The translations under genes and the position numbers were made by a program. Below the pieces are notes generated by a model. That model was not told the origin of the DNA, did not search any database, and worked only from the letters and a program-made list of their open reading frames with translations. 46,640 nucleotides of DNA from Octopus sinensis (taxonomy: Eukaryota): contig NW_021834436.1 of NCBI RefSeq assembly GCF_006345805.1, forward strand, positions 1 to 46,640. The letters run 5' to 3'. Position 1 is the stretch's first letter, and every line of letters starts with the position of its first letter. This document shows positions 34,385-46,640 of the stretch, one piece after another.

Positions 34385-35300
34385 TCAAATAATTAACTGT
34401 CTAAAAAATTAATTGTACAAATAGTTAACTGTACAAATAATTAATTTTGAAAAAATATATATACAGTTTCAGTTCGACGTGAAAGTAAACAAAGTGATCA
34501 CACCAGAATGTTTTAATGTCTCTGTGGACAGACAAAATGAAATCAATCAGATCATTTTTTTTACTGAAGACCGTCTGTAAAAGAATAATAATTTATGCTT
34601 ACGGAGAGAATATTAGCTTATATCTATAGTGTATGCAAAGTCATACCACAACTTAAGTGACTGGTCTAAATTGCAAACGGATAAGAAAACTAAATATCGG
34701 TCGATCCCACATTTTTTCTATCCACGGTGAACTAAAACTTGTGGTTTAACCACTTTGCATATTTTCCTCGGCAAGGCTAAAATTATATTTTATATTTTAA
34801 AAAAGGAAAAGGTATGCAATACAGCAATGCATTGTATTAAGAATTAACCAAATTGCTATGTAATTAAGCAATTAAATGATACATATTTATCTGTACGAGT
34901 AGTTATCTGTAGAAACAAATGATTGTGCAAATAGTTCACTGCACAAATAGATATGTAGAAATATTTAACTACTGTACAAACAATGAACTGTACAAATAGC
35001 TAATTGTAGAAATAATTGTAGAATAATTAATTGTATATGTAATTAAATATGTAAATAGCTAACAGTGTAAATAGTTATCTTGACAGTTAACTGTAGAAAT
35101 AGCTATCTATACAAACAGTGAACTTTGCAAATAACTATTAGTAGAAACAGATGATTTATGTAGTTTACTGTACAAAATTAAATATTAAACTATATACGTA
35201 GATAATTGTACAAATAATTAACTATACGCGTTCAACTGCTTAGTTACACAGTCATCAACAAATAATTAATTGTATATATTTGCTAATTAAATAGTTAATC
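34385..35300. repeat. Degenerate 16-bp minisatellite, consensus TGTACAAATAGTTAAC (blocks about 34385-34450 and 34885-35300)
   Basis: Units such as TGTACAAATAGTTAAC, TGTGCAAATAGTTCAC, TGTACAAACAATGAAC, TGTACAAATAGCTAAT, TGTAGAAATAGCTATC, TGTACAAATAATTAAC. Confidence 0.8.
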
Positions 35301-35861
35301 CGTTTAATGTTATAAACAGTGCATGGAAAAACTGGTAATAGTATTGCTTTGCGTTAACAGGAGGCTCTATATGACTGATCCTCGATCTGCTCTAATAGAT
35401 TTTGAGGTAGGTAGTTTTAAATATTGTAGAGATACGAACTGAATAGTTTCTTTCAATGTCTGGAAAGAGACTAGATTTTGACGGCTTAGAGTATTTTTCA
35501 TAGCAGGTCTACAGGACCAAGACTGATCAGGAAGAGATCTAAACGGTATCACTTGTAAATACCTCTCCCCAAACAGTGAACAGAACAAACAGGTATGTGC
35601 CTATGAAATCTACAAATCAGACCCATAAATATTCAATTACAAAGTTACTCTACAGAAAATTTCCTAGTTGAAGAATTAATTAGAGGTAAAAGTTATACAA
35701 ATCTAAAACGTTTTCAACTGATTAAACCAAAACGGAATATAGATTTTCATCAGCGATTGTTGCTTAATACTTTCATTCCATTTAAAAGCTCCAATATGCT
35801 CCAGCCTCTGGCACACACACACGTTCTTTTTTTCTGATATTTTCTATTGTTATTATATTTT

Positions 35862-36226
35862 ATATTAGCAGTATTGCCCGGCGTTGCTCGGGTTTGTTTC
35901 GACCCTTTAGAATTGGAATTTTTGAAAAGTAAAAATTTTGCATTATGTAGCTTGTTATTCTCTTTAAGTGAACATTTTTTTGGTTGAAATACACCGAAAA
36001 ATGGCGACACAGCAGTCAAAAAACCGTAAAAAATACGGATTTTCATAGAAAAAAAAGCACCTTTTTGATGTAAATAATTTTTGGTGTTAACAAGGTCCGA
36101 TTTGAATGTTATCTTCTACGGAATGAAGAGCACTTTTGGTCAACTTGCGCCGCAGGGTCTCGGAGGAGATAGTGTTAGTTGAAGGATGCCATACACAGAG
36201 AACTTCAGCTTTATACAGAGAGAGAT
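35862..36226 (+). mobile_element. Non-autonomous Helitron-type MITE
   Basis: Starts ATATTAGCAGTATTGCCCGGCGTTGCTCGGG (CTAG-like plus hairpin CCCG..CGGG) and ends GAACTTCAGCTTTATA. No TSD or TIR; termini resemble short Helitron-derived families. Confidence 0.65.
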
Positions 36227-37052
36227 TTCGGAGTTGGCTGTCTTGCGATACTTCAAACCAGACACTCCCAACGTATCGTTTCTCCTTTTCTCGTCAACCG
36301 TTGTATATCCACCTCTCTTCTAATTCCTCACTCTAATTATGATGCCAAGTCCTTCTTTATCCGGATGTCATTCTTCTCACCTGATTTCTCTACCGTAACT
36401 TCAAATTGTATAAGAGTAACATTACGTATATCTGCTTCACTGTTCTCGGAATGTCTGCTTAGTTATTTCCTTTAGACCAAAAGATTAAAACAAGAAATAC
36501 CAAAAGCAAAAGGAGAAAGGAATGAAGAAAGAAAAAAAGAAGAAAGGAAGGAAAGAAAGGAAACTGAAAGAAAGGAAAATAAAATATAAAAATCTTGTTC
36601 AATTGATTTTACCAATCTGAAGATATGTTCAAGAATATCTAAAACGTTTAAGCAACATCTATTGTTTTAGCTTAAAACTCTGTCCCAGTAACGAGAAATC
36701 TGAATGTATACGAACAAGACAACGTTGGCCAACGACCTGCCTACGACTAAACAACATTTGTCCTTTTAAATTATTTGTTTTCAGAAAAGAGAACTGGTGG
36801 GTCTTAAATTTTTGCAGATTAGTGAGATAGATGTTTCTTGTGAATAGATAGTTGTCGAATTCTAGGTAAAAGCAGGGGCAAATTGGGAATTGCAATGGGA
36901 TGGCATTCAGTGGCGGAAACTAGATACAAAGGTAGATATGAAACTAAATATGAAACACCAGCTTTAACAGAGACGACCGCGTGCGTATATACATACATAC
37001 ATGGTTGAGTAAACCTTGATTTGCAGTCATATATATATATATATATATATAT

Positions 37053-37480
37053 ATCACCTTGATCACCTTGACCGACCAGTCCGTCAGGCGTCCATTTGAC
37101 ACCGCTGGTCACAGCACGCTGTCCACTCCTCTCTGGATCGCGCCTTTCTCATCCACGTGATCCCAATCATCCTCTTTAAATCGTAACTCCACCGTAGTGG
37201 AGGTCTTCCGGGTGGTCTTTTCCGCTCACGGAGAGTAAGGGCCGGATGGAAGGCGTTCAATGGCATAAGGGATGTGCTCAAGGGAAGGTTGGACAGGACC
37301 ACCTGCGCCAACCTCATTAACAGTGCAGTTCTGCCTGCAATGTTATATGATAGTGAAACATGAGCTACCACAAAGAGAGAAGAGCAAAGACTGGTAACGG
37401 CTCAAAGAGCCATGGAAAGGTCAATGCTTGGTATCTCGTTGAGAGAGCACATAAGTAACAAGATCATCAGAAAGAAGAAC
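37053..37480. mobile_element. RTE-clade insertion with 5' inversion (minus-strand 3' end 37053-37228 fused to a plus-strand upstream segment 37229-37480)
   Basis: Minus: RERKRPPGRPPLRWSYDL...WMRKARSREEW...* plus a (CAAGGTGAT)2 tail. Plus: RRVRAGWKAFNGIRDVLKG...VLPAMLYDSET*ATTKREEQRLVTAQRAMERSMLGISLREHI. Confidence 0.88.
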
Positions 37481-37749
37481 GAGCAAATGCCCGGAGAAAA
37501 AGGAAATGAATAGTCGGTGAAAAGCAGTTACATTGCTGTATATATATATAATGTGTACTGACATTGCTATACATGTGTGTAAGTGCGCGGGTGCCTGTGT
37601 GTGAGTGTGTGTACGTGTACACATGTGTCTATTGACAATTGCAGTTCCTACGTACATAATGGTGTTGTCCCTGCTAGTACTAATTTAAGAACTGATGAAA
37701 CTATTGCGTGTGTTGTTAGATATTGTTGTTATATGGGTATATTTGATGT

Positions 37750-38320
37750 CCTCTTGTCTTGCTGGTAACAATGGGTATAGTGTGTTTGAGCTTTTGGAGT
37801 CAATCTTCAAGATGAGTGGAATTAAAGCTATTGCGCGGCTGTGTATTAGAACGGGCATTTAATTATGGCGTCATCAGAGCCTGTACGTAAGTTTTGATGA
37901 CACGCGAAAAGATCGCGTAGGCACCTAAGTTAAAAAGTGTGGATGAAAAGAGGTTTTCTATGATATTTCATTCGGGAAGTCGCAGTTTCTAGGTATCTTG
38001 TTATCATAAACCATACAGGCTTGGCAACTTGAAAACTGATATGCTAACTATCGTTTTGTATAAGGAGGCAACGTGTATTTTAGTGTATAATTGGATACCG
38101 GCGAAACTTTTGCTGATGTCAATGGATGGAGATGGGGTTGGAGCCATCAAATTTTTTTTTTCTAGTAAAGCTTATGCGCAGTAGGCTGCATGAGTTTAAT
38201 GATCTTTTAGTTGAAAAGATGGACGTTTGGGTGTATTAATGCTGATGAGTAGCACTTTGAATGTGTGCATGGTAAGGTGACGTGAAAGACTGATGTTGCT
38301 TCCGTTGCCTTCTATCAGCC
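37750..38320 (-). mobile_element. Highly degenerate LINE RT remnant
   Basis: IDISKSF (38103-38123, cf. DISKAFD), SSTLFNL (cf. SPTLFN) and SDD (cf. YADD) in the expected order. Confidence 0.4.
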
Positions 38321-38761
38321 TCCTTTATAATTGAAATGATTTTGCATTCATTCCTACGGTTTTTCCTATATGTAGACTAATGCTGCAGTTTATTCAAGAT
38401 CTAGGGATTATCATCATCATCATCATTATTGTTCAACATTTGGTAATTTTAGGCAAATTTCTACTGCATCATCTGCTACTCCTTCTGGGGAGGGGGTGCA
38501 GCATTGTGTGTTCTTCTTTTGTTGTTGGGGGAGTGCAAACTCTTCCCGGTATTCTATTGCATCCGTTTGTTTTGCTATGGTGTCTGGTTGCAAGCTTTTT
38601 TTTATTGGTGTTTGTATTGTATGTTGTGTGTATAGTACGAGTCGTATTCTTCTGTTGGGTATCCGGCCATTTGGTGGTTATTCATTTTATTAGATATTTG
38701 CTATATAGAGTGCCTTGTGTTTCTGGACGGTTTTGTTTGGGTTGGTGTTGTTGTTGTTGTT

Positions 38762-38785
38762 TTCCTTCTTCTTCTTCTTCTTCTT

Positions 38786-38816
<31 letters not shown>

Positions 38817-38842
38817 TTATTATTATTATATTATTATTATTA

Positions 38843-38876
<34 letters not shown>

Positions 38877-38883
38877 TATTATT
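38762..38883. repeat. (TTC)n-(TTA)n microsatellite
   Basis: Seen directly. Confidence 0.95.
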
Positions 38884-39435
38884 GAGTGAGAGAGCAGTTC
38901 ATGCCATCAAAGTGACACTGGGTAAAATATACGAAGCCCAATATACCCATCATGACTACCCGTCTGATAAGGGTACACCAGGCACATGCATCACAACCAT
39001 ATGTGCGCGACATGGTGATCTCATATCAAGATAAACAGCACATGACCTTGCAGGTGGGGCTCAGTTAGAATTTTCTTCAGGTTGAGTAGCCCATCCCACT
39101 CAAAAGGTCCCTGAATAAAGGTTGTTTAAGGATGTTGAAAGAACCACCCATGTTTCCAGAGGTGAATTATTCAAACCCCAAAGAATCCCTCTCAACACAT
39201 GGCTATGATGCTCCCCCACTACTTCTGCTCGTGATCAGAGATGCACATATCGTCAGCCACTAAGGGACATGCTCAACTGGTTAAAGTCAAACAACTGACA
39301 AGCAAATCTGTGGTATTGAGCAGAATATTTGCTGTAGCCCATCTTTATACCAAGACAAAACAATGTACATGATAACACTTCCAATCAGTTAAGATCAGAA
39401 GCCATGAGAGCCACTGCCTGGTACTGCATCAGGGC
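38884..39435 (-). mobile_element. About 550-bp (TAA)n-flanked repeat, copy 2
   Basis: Reverse complement of 28629-29164, with (TTA)n on both sides. Confidence 0.88.
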
Positions 39436-39462
39436 ATTATTATTATTATTATTATTATATTA

Positions 39463-39510
<48 letters not shown>

Positions 39511-39511
<1 letters not shown>

Positions 39512-40075
39512 TGAAATTTTGTTGGATGCGTAACGTGCTTGCTCTATGCAGCCTACGGTACCATTCTATCTGTTCTTTTCAACTATCTAATGCTTTCCTG
39601 ATTATTCTGTCCGTGCACTCTATTACAATTCTTTCATATTCCTCATGATGCCTTTTGATACTATCCCCAAGGAACCAACGATACTTGGCACTGACTACAC
39701 CTTCTTCATTTTCCATAGCCAAGCTATTTCGCTGTATTTATCTATTTTCCCACTTTCCTTCTTGACTACTCGTGCATTGAAGGGGCACGCTAGGTCCGGT
39801 TTCTTACGCTCTAGCACCTGATCTGTTTGGATAGAGAAATCTCTTCGGTTTCTGCTCAAATCGCATCTTGTCTCTCTCTAGATCCGTTTCGCATAGTTTG
39901 CAATGTAGCACTTTCACTACTTCATCGTGTCTCCTTAACTTGTAGTGGTTTTATGCAAGTATATGGCATTTGTTCACGATATGGGCAACAGTTTTGTCTA
40001 CTCTATGACAGATGCGGCATAGTGGAGACTCTTAAAGTCTGATCTTGCGCTGCCAATATGGATTTCGCATGGAAA
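39511..40075 (-). mobile_element. R4/Dong 3' remnant ending in (TAA)n
   Basis: ILAAQDQTL; HDEVVKVLH; IQTDQVLERKKPDL; IVGSLGIVSKG; followed on its own strand by (TAA)n (39436-39510). Confidence 0.75.
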
Positions 40076-40272
40076 AGTTAAATAAAGCTGTGAGGTAAAA
40101 ATGAAAAATTTATCGTGAAAAAAAATGAGCTATCTATTGCCCGTCTTGTTTTCTTAATCATACATGTACATAACAAAACTATGATCAAAACCGGAAAGAC
40201 GATTTGTGACAAAGAGCCCTAGTCATCTACACTGCTTCTCGATCTGCAGTTCTGTTTGTTCCTCTCTCTTAT

Positions 40273-40335
<63 letters not shown>

Positions 40336-41504
40336 GTTACTGTGACAGTCTGTCTGTCTGTCTTTCGGTATATTTATCTGTCTCTCTGAAATCACGCATC
40401 CACTGCTGCCTTTCGGATATTTTGAGAGAAAAAAAAGGATATTTAGTCCTACATATCTCGAATTAGACTGGCGAGTCAAGTCTGGAATATTTCAGATTAT
40501 AAGATTAGAAGTTCGTTCGTTCTCGTTAGACCTGGAGATTAAAAAAAAAACCCCTCCTACTCCCTACCCCTAACAAAGAAAAAGAGAAAAACATGCTAAA
40601 CAATTAAAGAAAGTTGAAGCTAAACCTCGATGAGTATTACAACCAGAACGCTGAAGGACGGAACTAGATATTTTAAGATACCTTAGCCGGGATTCATGCT
40701 ATTTTGGAATATTCTTGCAAGAATATTTCGGTATTGAAGATGGACCGCAAAGAAGAATAACAATAATTTACATAGACGCAACTTTTCAAATCTATGGAAT
40801 CCAATCGATTCTATCTCTCTAAACTATTCGACTCTTTAAAACTTTATTTTAACGATTCCTTAAAAATGAAATGAAATATGGGACGTGAATTCATAACGTA
40901 CATTGAAACAATTAAATAACTCATGCCTTTTGTCTAACGCTGGTTTCTGCCAATCCATCAACCCTAATAACTTTTAAATATTATTCAGTTCTGTTATTAA
41001 TATGGCTGATAATAATAATAATAGTGTTGGTGGTATTGCTACTGCTTCCATTGTGGCTTTTTCTTTTTACCCTAATTCGGTCCAGAACGAACGGGAGCAT
41101 TAATGTATGCAAGTCATGAATGTTCGGGTAGTATGCACGCAAGAATACTCTATCAAAATTTTCCGCCCCCATTTTACATATAGTAGGTATACTTTTGGGC
41201 AGTATTTAGCTGCTATTTCTTGCAGATCGTGCGACTAGATAGAGACTCCCATGTCGAAAGGGAAGTTTGGTTATATTTAGCTTCAGTTAATGTTTTCACA
41301 TCTTAAGTAACGCAAGAGATATCGTCACCAAAAACAATGCGCGCGCGTGTGTGCTTGCATGCATGTATGTATGTATTTATGTATGAATGCATGTATGCAT
41401 GTATGTATGTGCGTGTGTACTGCGTATATATGGATGTATCCATGTATGTATGTCTGTAAGTATGTGTTGTATTTGTGTGTTTTATGAAATTTATCAAGTA
41501 TCTC

Positions 41505-41637
41505 CTTTCTTCTTCTTCTTCTTCTTCTTCTTCTTCTTCTTCTATTCTTCTTCTTTCTTCTTCTCTCTTCTTTCTTCTCCTTCTTCTTCTTCTTCATTCT
41601 TCTTCCTTCTTTCTCTTCTTCTTCTTCTTCTTCTTCT
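41505..41637. repeat. (TTC)n pyrimidine tract
   Basis: Seen directly. Confidence 0.95.
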
Positions 41638-42039
41638 CCGTTCTTTTGGGGTGTATGTGTTAGCGCATATATATATATATATAATATATAATACGTGTGT
41701 TTGTATGTGAGTGTTTGTGGTGTATGTGTGTATTGTGTGTGTGTTTTGTGTGTCGGTATGTGGTGGAATGTGGCCATACTTCCTCAAACGTCACACTTCC
41801 TTCAGCTAAGAACTTTTGACTCTAACAAAAGTTAACTAAAACCCTGTCATCTTATCTACCAAGGATATTCTTCCTCACATGTCCACAGCAACAACAACAC
41901 TAAGACCAAAAACAACACCGCGACCGACAATAACAACAACTACTACTACTAATTTGAATAAACTCAAACTAGACTTTAGAACCATTATCTCCATCATTCT
42001 GAAGAAAGAACAAAAAAAAGAAAAAAGACAAACAGAAGT

Positions 42040-42167
42040 CGAAGAAAAAGAGTAGAAGAAGAAGAAGAAGAAGAAGAAGAAGGAGGAGGAGGAGGAGGAG
42101 AAGAAAGAGAAGAAGAAGAAGAAGAAGAAGTAGAAGAAGAAGAAGAAGAAGAAGAAGAAGAAGAAGA
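42040..42167. repeat. (GAA)n/(GGA)n purine tract
   Basis: Seen directly. Confidence 0.95.
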
Positions 42168-42504
42168 TAACAGCAGCAAAAATAACAACAAAAGTAACAA
42201 GAAACGGTAATAAGAGCAACAAAAGTTAAAAGAAAACGAAATAAGAAAGAAAGAAATTGGTAAAAGAAAAATAGAAAAAAGGAGATTATAGAGAATATGT
42301 GAGGGGAGGAGGTGGGGAGGGAGATAGACAGACAGAGAGACAAAGGGAAAGAAGTGTATATACGTATTTATATATATATAATATATATATTATGTATGTG
42401 TGGGTTGTGTGGGTGTGTGTGTGTGTATACATAATATATCTCATATAGAAGATAGATAACTATACTACTTATGTATAATCTATATAGGAGAGATGGATAT
42501 GTTT

Positions 42505-43073
42505 ATGTGTGTGTATATATATATATATAAATTTTTTTATGTATGCATGTATGTATGTATGTATGTATGTATGTATGTATGTACGTATATGTAGCATGTA
42601 TGTATGTTATGTATGTAGGTATGTATGTATGTATGTATGTATGTATGCATGTATGTATGTATGTATGTATTATGTATGTATGTATGTATGTATGCATGCA
42701 ATGCATGTATGTATGTATGTATGTATGTATGTATGTATGTATGTATGTATTAGTATGCATGTAGTTGTAATGTATGTATATGTATGTATGTATGTATGAT
42801 GCTGTATGTATGTATGTATGTTATGGATGTATTTATGTATGTATGCATGCATGCAGTATGTATGTATGTATGTATGTATGTATGTATGTATGTATGTATG
42901 TATGTATGTAGTATGTATGTATGCATGTATGTATGTATGTATGTATGTATGTATGTATGTATGTATTATGGCATGCATGCATGTATGTATTGTATGTATG
43001 TATGTATGTATGTATGTATGTATGTATGCATGTATGTATGTATGTATGTATTTATGCATGTATGTATGTATGC

Positions 43074-43104
<31 letters not shown>

Positions 43105-43495
43105 CATGTATGTATGTATGTATGCATGTATGTATGCATGTATATGCATGTATGTCTGCATTATGTATGTATGTATGTATTTATGTATGTATGTATGTAT
43201 GTATGTATGCATGTATGTATGTTGCATGTATGTATGTATGCATTCATGTATGTATGTATGTGTGTATGTATGTATGTTAATGCATGTAGGATGCATGTTG
43301 TATGCATGTCTGTATGTATGCATGTATGTATGTATGTATGTATGTATGTATGTATGCATGCATGCATGTATTTTTTGCATGCATGCATGTATGTAGGCAT
43401 GTATTATGTATGTATGTATTTATGTATGTATGTATGTATGCATGTAGTTTGTCATGCATGTATGTATGTTGTTTTTGTATATATATATATGCATG

Positions 43496-43530
<35 letters not shown>

Positions 43531-43625
43531 TGCCATAATGTTGTATGTATGTATGTATGTATGTATGTATGTATGTATGTATGTATGTATGTATGTATGT
43601 ATCGCATGTATGTATGTATGTATGG
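42505..43625. repeat. 1.1-kb (TATG)n microsatellite with TGCA variants
   Basis: Seen directly; source of the MYVC/HTYI ORFs. Confidence 0.97.
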
Positions 43626-44493
43626 AGAAGAGAGCGATGGCTAAAGCAGTTCAATGCTATGAGACTGCCAATGAGAACCGCTAAACTAAATATCACATCT
43701 TGAAGAAGGGTCACACAGAATCACAGAGTTGGTTAATGGTTGATGGGTTCAAACTCTTATCTTAGGTCATTGCCTCTACCCTACATATGTATGTATGTAA
43801 GTATGTATGTATGTTAAAGTATATTATATATATATATTATATATTATATATATATATATATATAATATATATGTAAATATGTATCGTGTTATGTGCGTGT
43901 GTGCGCGCGTTTGGGTATAGTGCTCTTTGATTTCATTTGGGATATTTCTTAGATGTAAACTCCAGACCAATATCCTATGAGTCCTCTAAATATTGATACA
44001 CACACACATCCACGCATGTATCTCACACACGCACGCACACACACACACACAAATACAAGAGCACACATATACGCATGTACATATGTATCCAGACACATAC
44101 ATAGCCAGCTTACCTACGTAGATGGATACACACATTCATTCATTCATACATATACATTCAAAACACACGTTCGTACACACGCAAGAACACATAGATAGAG
44201 GTGCACACTATGTCTGTATAGAATAACTACTTCTTATTTTGTGCTTTTACTTTTCTTTTCAAATCCGTTTCTGTCACAAATACGATAGTCACGTTTCTCC
44301 TTATATTATTTCATTTAGCACTTTAGAGTTGGTTTGCCTCATTTTTGCATGAATTAGGGTGTGTTCTATATATCATGGGTGTGTGTTTATAGCCATGCGC
44401 CTGGGTAAATATATATGTATATATATATGTGTGTGTGTGCGTGTATGTGTGAGTGTATATATATAAATGTATACATACATATATATATATATA

Positions 44494-44661
44494 TACGACG
44501 GGCTTCTTTCAGTTTCCGTCTGACAAATCCACTCACAGGGCTATTGTCGGCCCGAGGCTATAGTAGAAGACACTTGCCCAAAGTGCCATGCAGTGGGACT
44601 GAACCCAAGAACCATGTGGTTGGTAAGCAAGCTACTTACCACACAGCCACTCATACGCCTA
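44494..44661 (-). mobile_element. 5' half of the OR-type SINE
   Basis: Inverse of AGGCGTATGAGTGGCTGTGTGGTAAGTAGCTTGCTTACCAACCACATGGTTC...GGAAACTGAAAGAAGCCCGTCG. Confidence 0.9.
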
Positions 44662-44840
44662 TATATATATATATAATATATAATACACATATATGTATAT
44701 ATATGATTTATATATATGTATGTATATACATAATATATAATATATATATATATATATAGATATATATATCATATATATTATATATATATATTATATATAT
44801 ATCTATATATATATATATATTATATATAAAATATATATAT

Positions 44841-45120
44841 AAGTAGTTGAATGAATTATCCTAGCATGGAAATTCGGTGAACCGATACCTGGGTAGCAAT
44901 TCACATTAGAAAACACGGTTGAAGCTACATGTCAAGGGTGTGAAATTAGTTTGTGTTTTTTTTTATGAATAAATGAAGAATGGAGTAGTCGAACGAAGAT
45001 ATTAACAAAATTCTTTTACTCTCGACACATGTTTCGAAGACGGTATACTCTTTATTCCGAAGGAATAAAGATTGCATTACGTCATCTTCTCATCAGGAAA
45101 GATAAGGAGCCTCTTTCACA
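44841..45120 (-). mobile_element. (TA)n-anchored hammerhead-bearing element (family D)
   Basis: Intact hammerhead at 45019-45101, with 183 nt from the cleavage site to the (TA)n boundary at 44841. Confidence 0.75.
45019..45101 (-). ncRNA. Type I hammerhead ribozyme with fully canonical core
   Basis: Minus strand: CUUUC-CUGAUGA-GAAGAUG-[internal loop plus 10-bp hairpin UCUUUAUUCC/GGAAUAAAGA]-CGUCUUC-GAAA-CAUGUG-UC^GAGAG. Stem I 5 bp, stem II 7 bp, stem III contains palindromic ACAUGU, GUC cleavage at 45024/45023. Confidence 0.88.
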
Positions 45121-45471
45121 CCTCGAGACGGAAACGATACTTGTTGTCATGGGTGCACTAGGAATGATAGCAAAAGGGGCTGATTGCTACCTAGCTGAGA
45201 TACCAGGAAATCTCAGAATAGCAGTAATTCAAAAGATAGTGCTCATGGGAACTGCCCATATCCTACGTAAAATACTGACTATGTAATCTCAAATTTTAAA
45301 ACAAACTCATAATTTTCTTGTTTACTTAAACATTCTCTAGAACTATACTATGTGCAAAACCAAATATATGGCACCCGAGGCATAACACCAACATGAACTT
45401 CTAACTTGTTGTCTCTTGCGGTCTTTGGGTGAGACTTGGAGAAAACTTGTACAAATGCAAAGCAAAAGTAA
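45121..45471 (+). mobile_element. R4/Dong 3' end with 3' UTR
   Basis: LETETILVVMGALGMIAKG...IQKIVLMGTAHILRKILTM* (stop at 45286), 3' UTR ...GGTCTTTGGGTGAGACTTGGAG, then (TAA)n. Confidence 0.88.
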
Positions 45472-45501
45472 AATAATAATAATAATAATAATAATAAAAT
45501 A

Positions 45502-45580
<79 letters not shown>
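45472..45580. repeat. (TAA)n-(GAA)n microsatellite
   Basis: Seen directly. Confidence 0.95.
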
Positions 45581-45581
<1 letters not shown>

Positions 45582-46046
45582 TTATTGTATAGTGTTGTAT
45601 ATAGTTGATAATACGTGTAGCAGATTTTAAACATTCCTACCGTCACTATCCCATCCTGATGAGAACTACCGAACTTTATTATCAAAGATGACCATTTTTT
45701 CTTTGTGGTGATGATATGACAAGGATTTGGCTGTTATGCTTCGTTAACTCGTGAATAGAGTTCTTCGTTACTTTGCTGATTCTGGTATCATTATTATTGG
45801 TTGTTGCTTGATTCCAGGTCAACCCCGCCCCCACACACTTCCCGAACGAACAGGTATTTGAACAAGTGCCTAGCTCTAGCAACCAACTCGCCATTTTGCT
45901 ACGTGTATGCAGCTCAGGAGATGTCGTTATCTGTGTTTCCTTTTGTGTCTTTTGTTTGCTTTTAAAGATGTATACTTCTTCTAACCTCACTTTTCCGTTG
46001 AAACACGAATGAGGTGTTCAAACCCTAATGTCATTTTTTAAAACTT

Positions 46047-46443
46047 TTTATCTTTTGTCCTTTACTTGTTTCAATCATTAGATTGTGGCCATCCTGGGGC
46101 ACCGGCTTGAAGAATTTCTAGTCGAATGAATTGACCACGGTACTTTTTCTTAAAGCCTATAAGACTCACTCTATCGGTCATTTAAGCCTAACTGCTATGT
46201 TACGGGGACATAAACAAACCGACACTAGTTGTCAATCGGTGGGGGGAGGGACAAACACAGATAGACACACACGCACGCGCGCAATACAACGGGCTTCTTT
46301 CAGTTTCCGTCTACTAAATCAACTCACATGGACTTAGTCGGCCCGAGGCTATAGCTGAAAACACTTGTTCAAAGTGACACGCAGTGGGACTGAACCCGAA
46401 ACCATGCGGTTGGGAAGCTAGCTTCTTGCCACACAGCCACACC
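46047..46443 (-). mobile_element. Full-length degenerate OR-type SINE
   Basis: Colinear with 12020-12432. Confidence 0.85.
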
Positions 46444-46640
46444 GAAATTCTCGGTTTCGATTTATTAATTATTTTTAAAGGAAATATCCATTGTTACAAT
46501 CATTACTTCCTCAGCTCAAATACACCCATTACACAAACGCACCTCCTATGTTACATTGTATCAAGTCTGAGAATTACGGTAAGGGAAGAAATGTCCATGG
46601 AACACTCAACCACTTACATTATAATTCAGTTCACTCATAT

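Noticed and set aside
34385-35300. CRISPR-like or other prokaryotic array
   Set aside because: The context is eukaryotic, and the units are contiguous and degenerate with no unique spacers.
40708-40727. Perfect 20-bp palindrome AATATTCTTGCAAGAATATT
   Set aside because: It is isolated and AT-rich; one such palindrome is not improbable in 46 kb.
45645-45690. CUGAUGA...GAAC hammerhead-like string, loosely similar to 14540-14565 downstream of the PLE ORF
   Set aside because: No paired stem II, incomplete GAAA, and stem I is not adjacent to a UH site.

Overview
AT-rich, microsatellite-saturated eukaryotic non-coding DNA. The tRNA-derived SINE families and repeat density point to an octopus/cephalopod genome (inference). 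I recognise no host exon, rRNA, genuine tRNA or CRISPR array, and nearly all ORFs in the supplied track are microsatellite artefacts. The window is a mosaic of decayed transposons: two Penelope-like (PLE) RT/GIY-YIG remnants, a full-length maT/DD37D element, an internally deleted mariner, a Tc1/mariner MITE, a Helitron-type MITE, four R4/Dong, three RTE and two Tx1/L1 pieces, L2/CR1-type pieces and about 15 SINEs. The main finding is a set of four sequence-unrelated, minus-strand type I hammerhead ribozyme motifs (8090-8160, 8602-8645, 10387-10429, 45019-45101). Each is followed after its predicted cleavage site by about 170-185 nt and then a (TA)n tract. A fifth copy (3632-3800) begins exactly at the predicted cleavage site. 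One hammerhead sits in the loop of a 170-bp inverted repeat with a 35-nt one-sided tail, and a miniature relative with a 13-bp flanking direct repeat lies at 32375-32534. Together these suggest a (TA)n-targeted, ribozyme-processed, non-autonomous retroelement system probably mobilised by PLE enzymes. All alignments, translations and folds were done by eye, and coordinates of degenerate elements are approximate.
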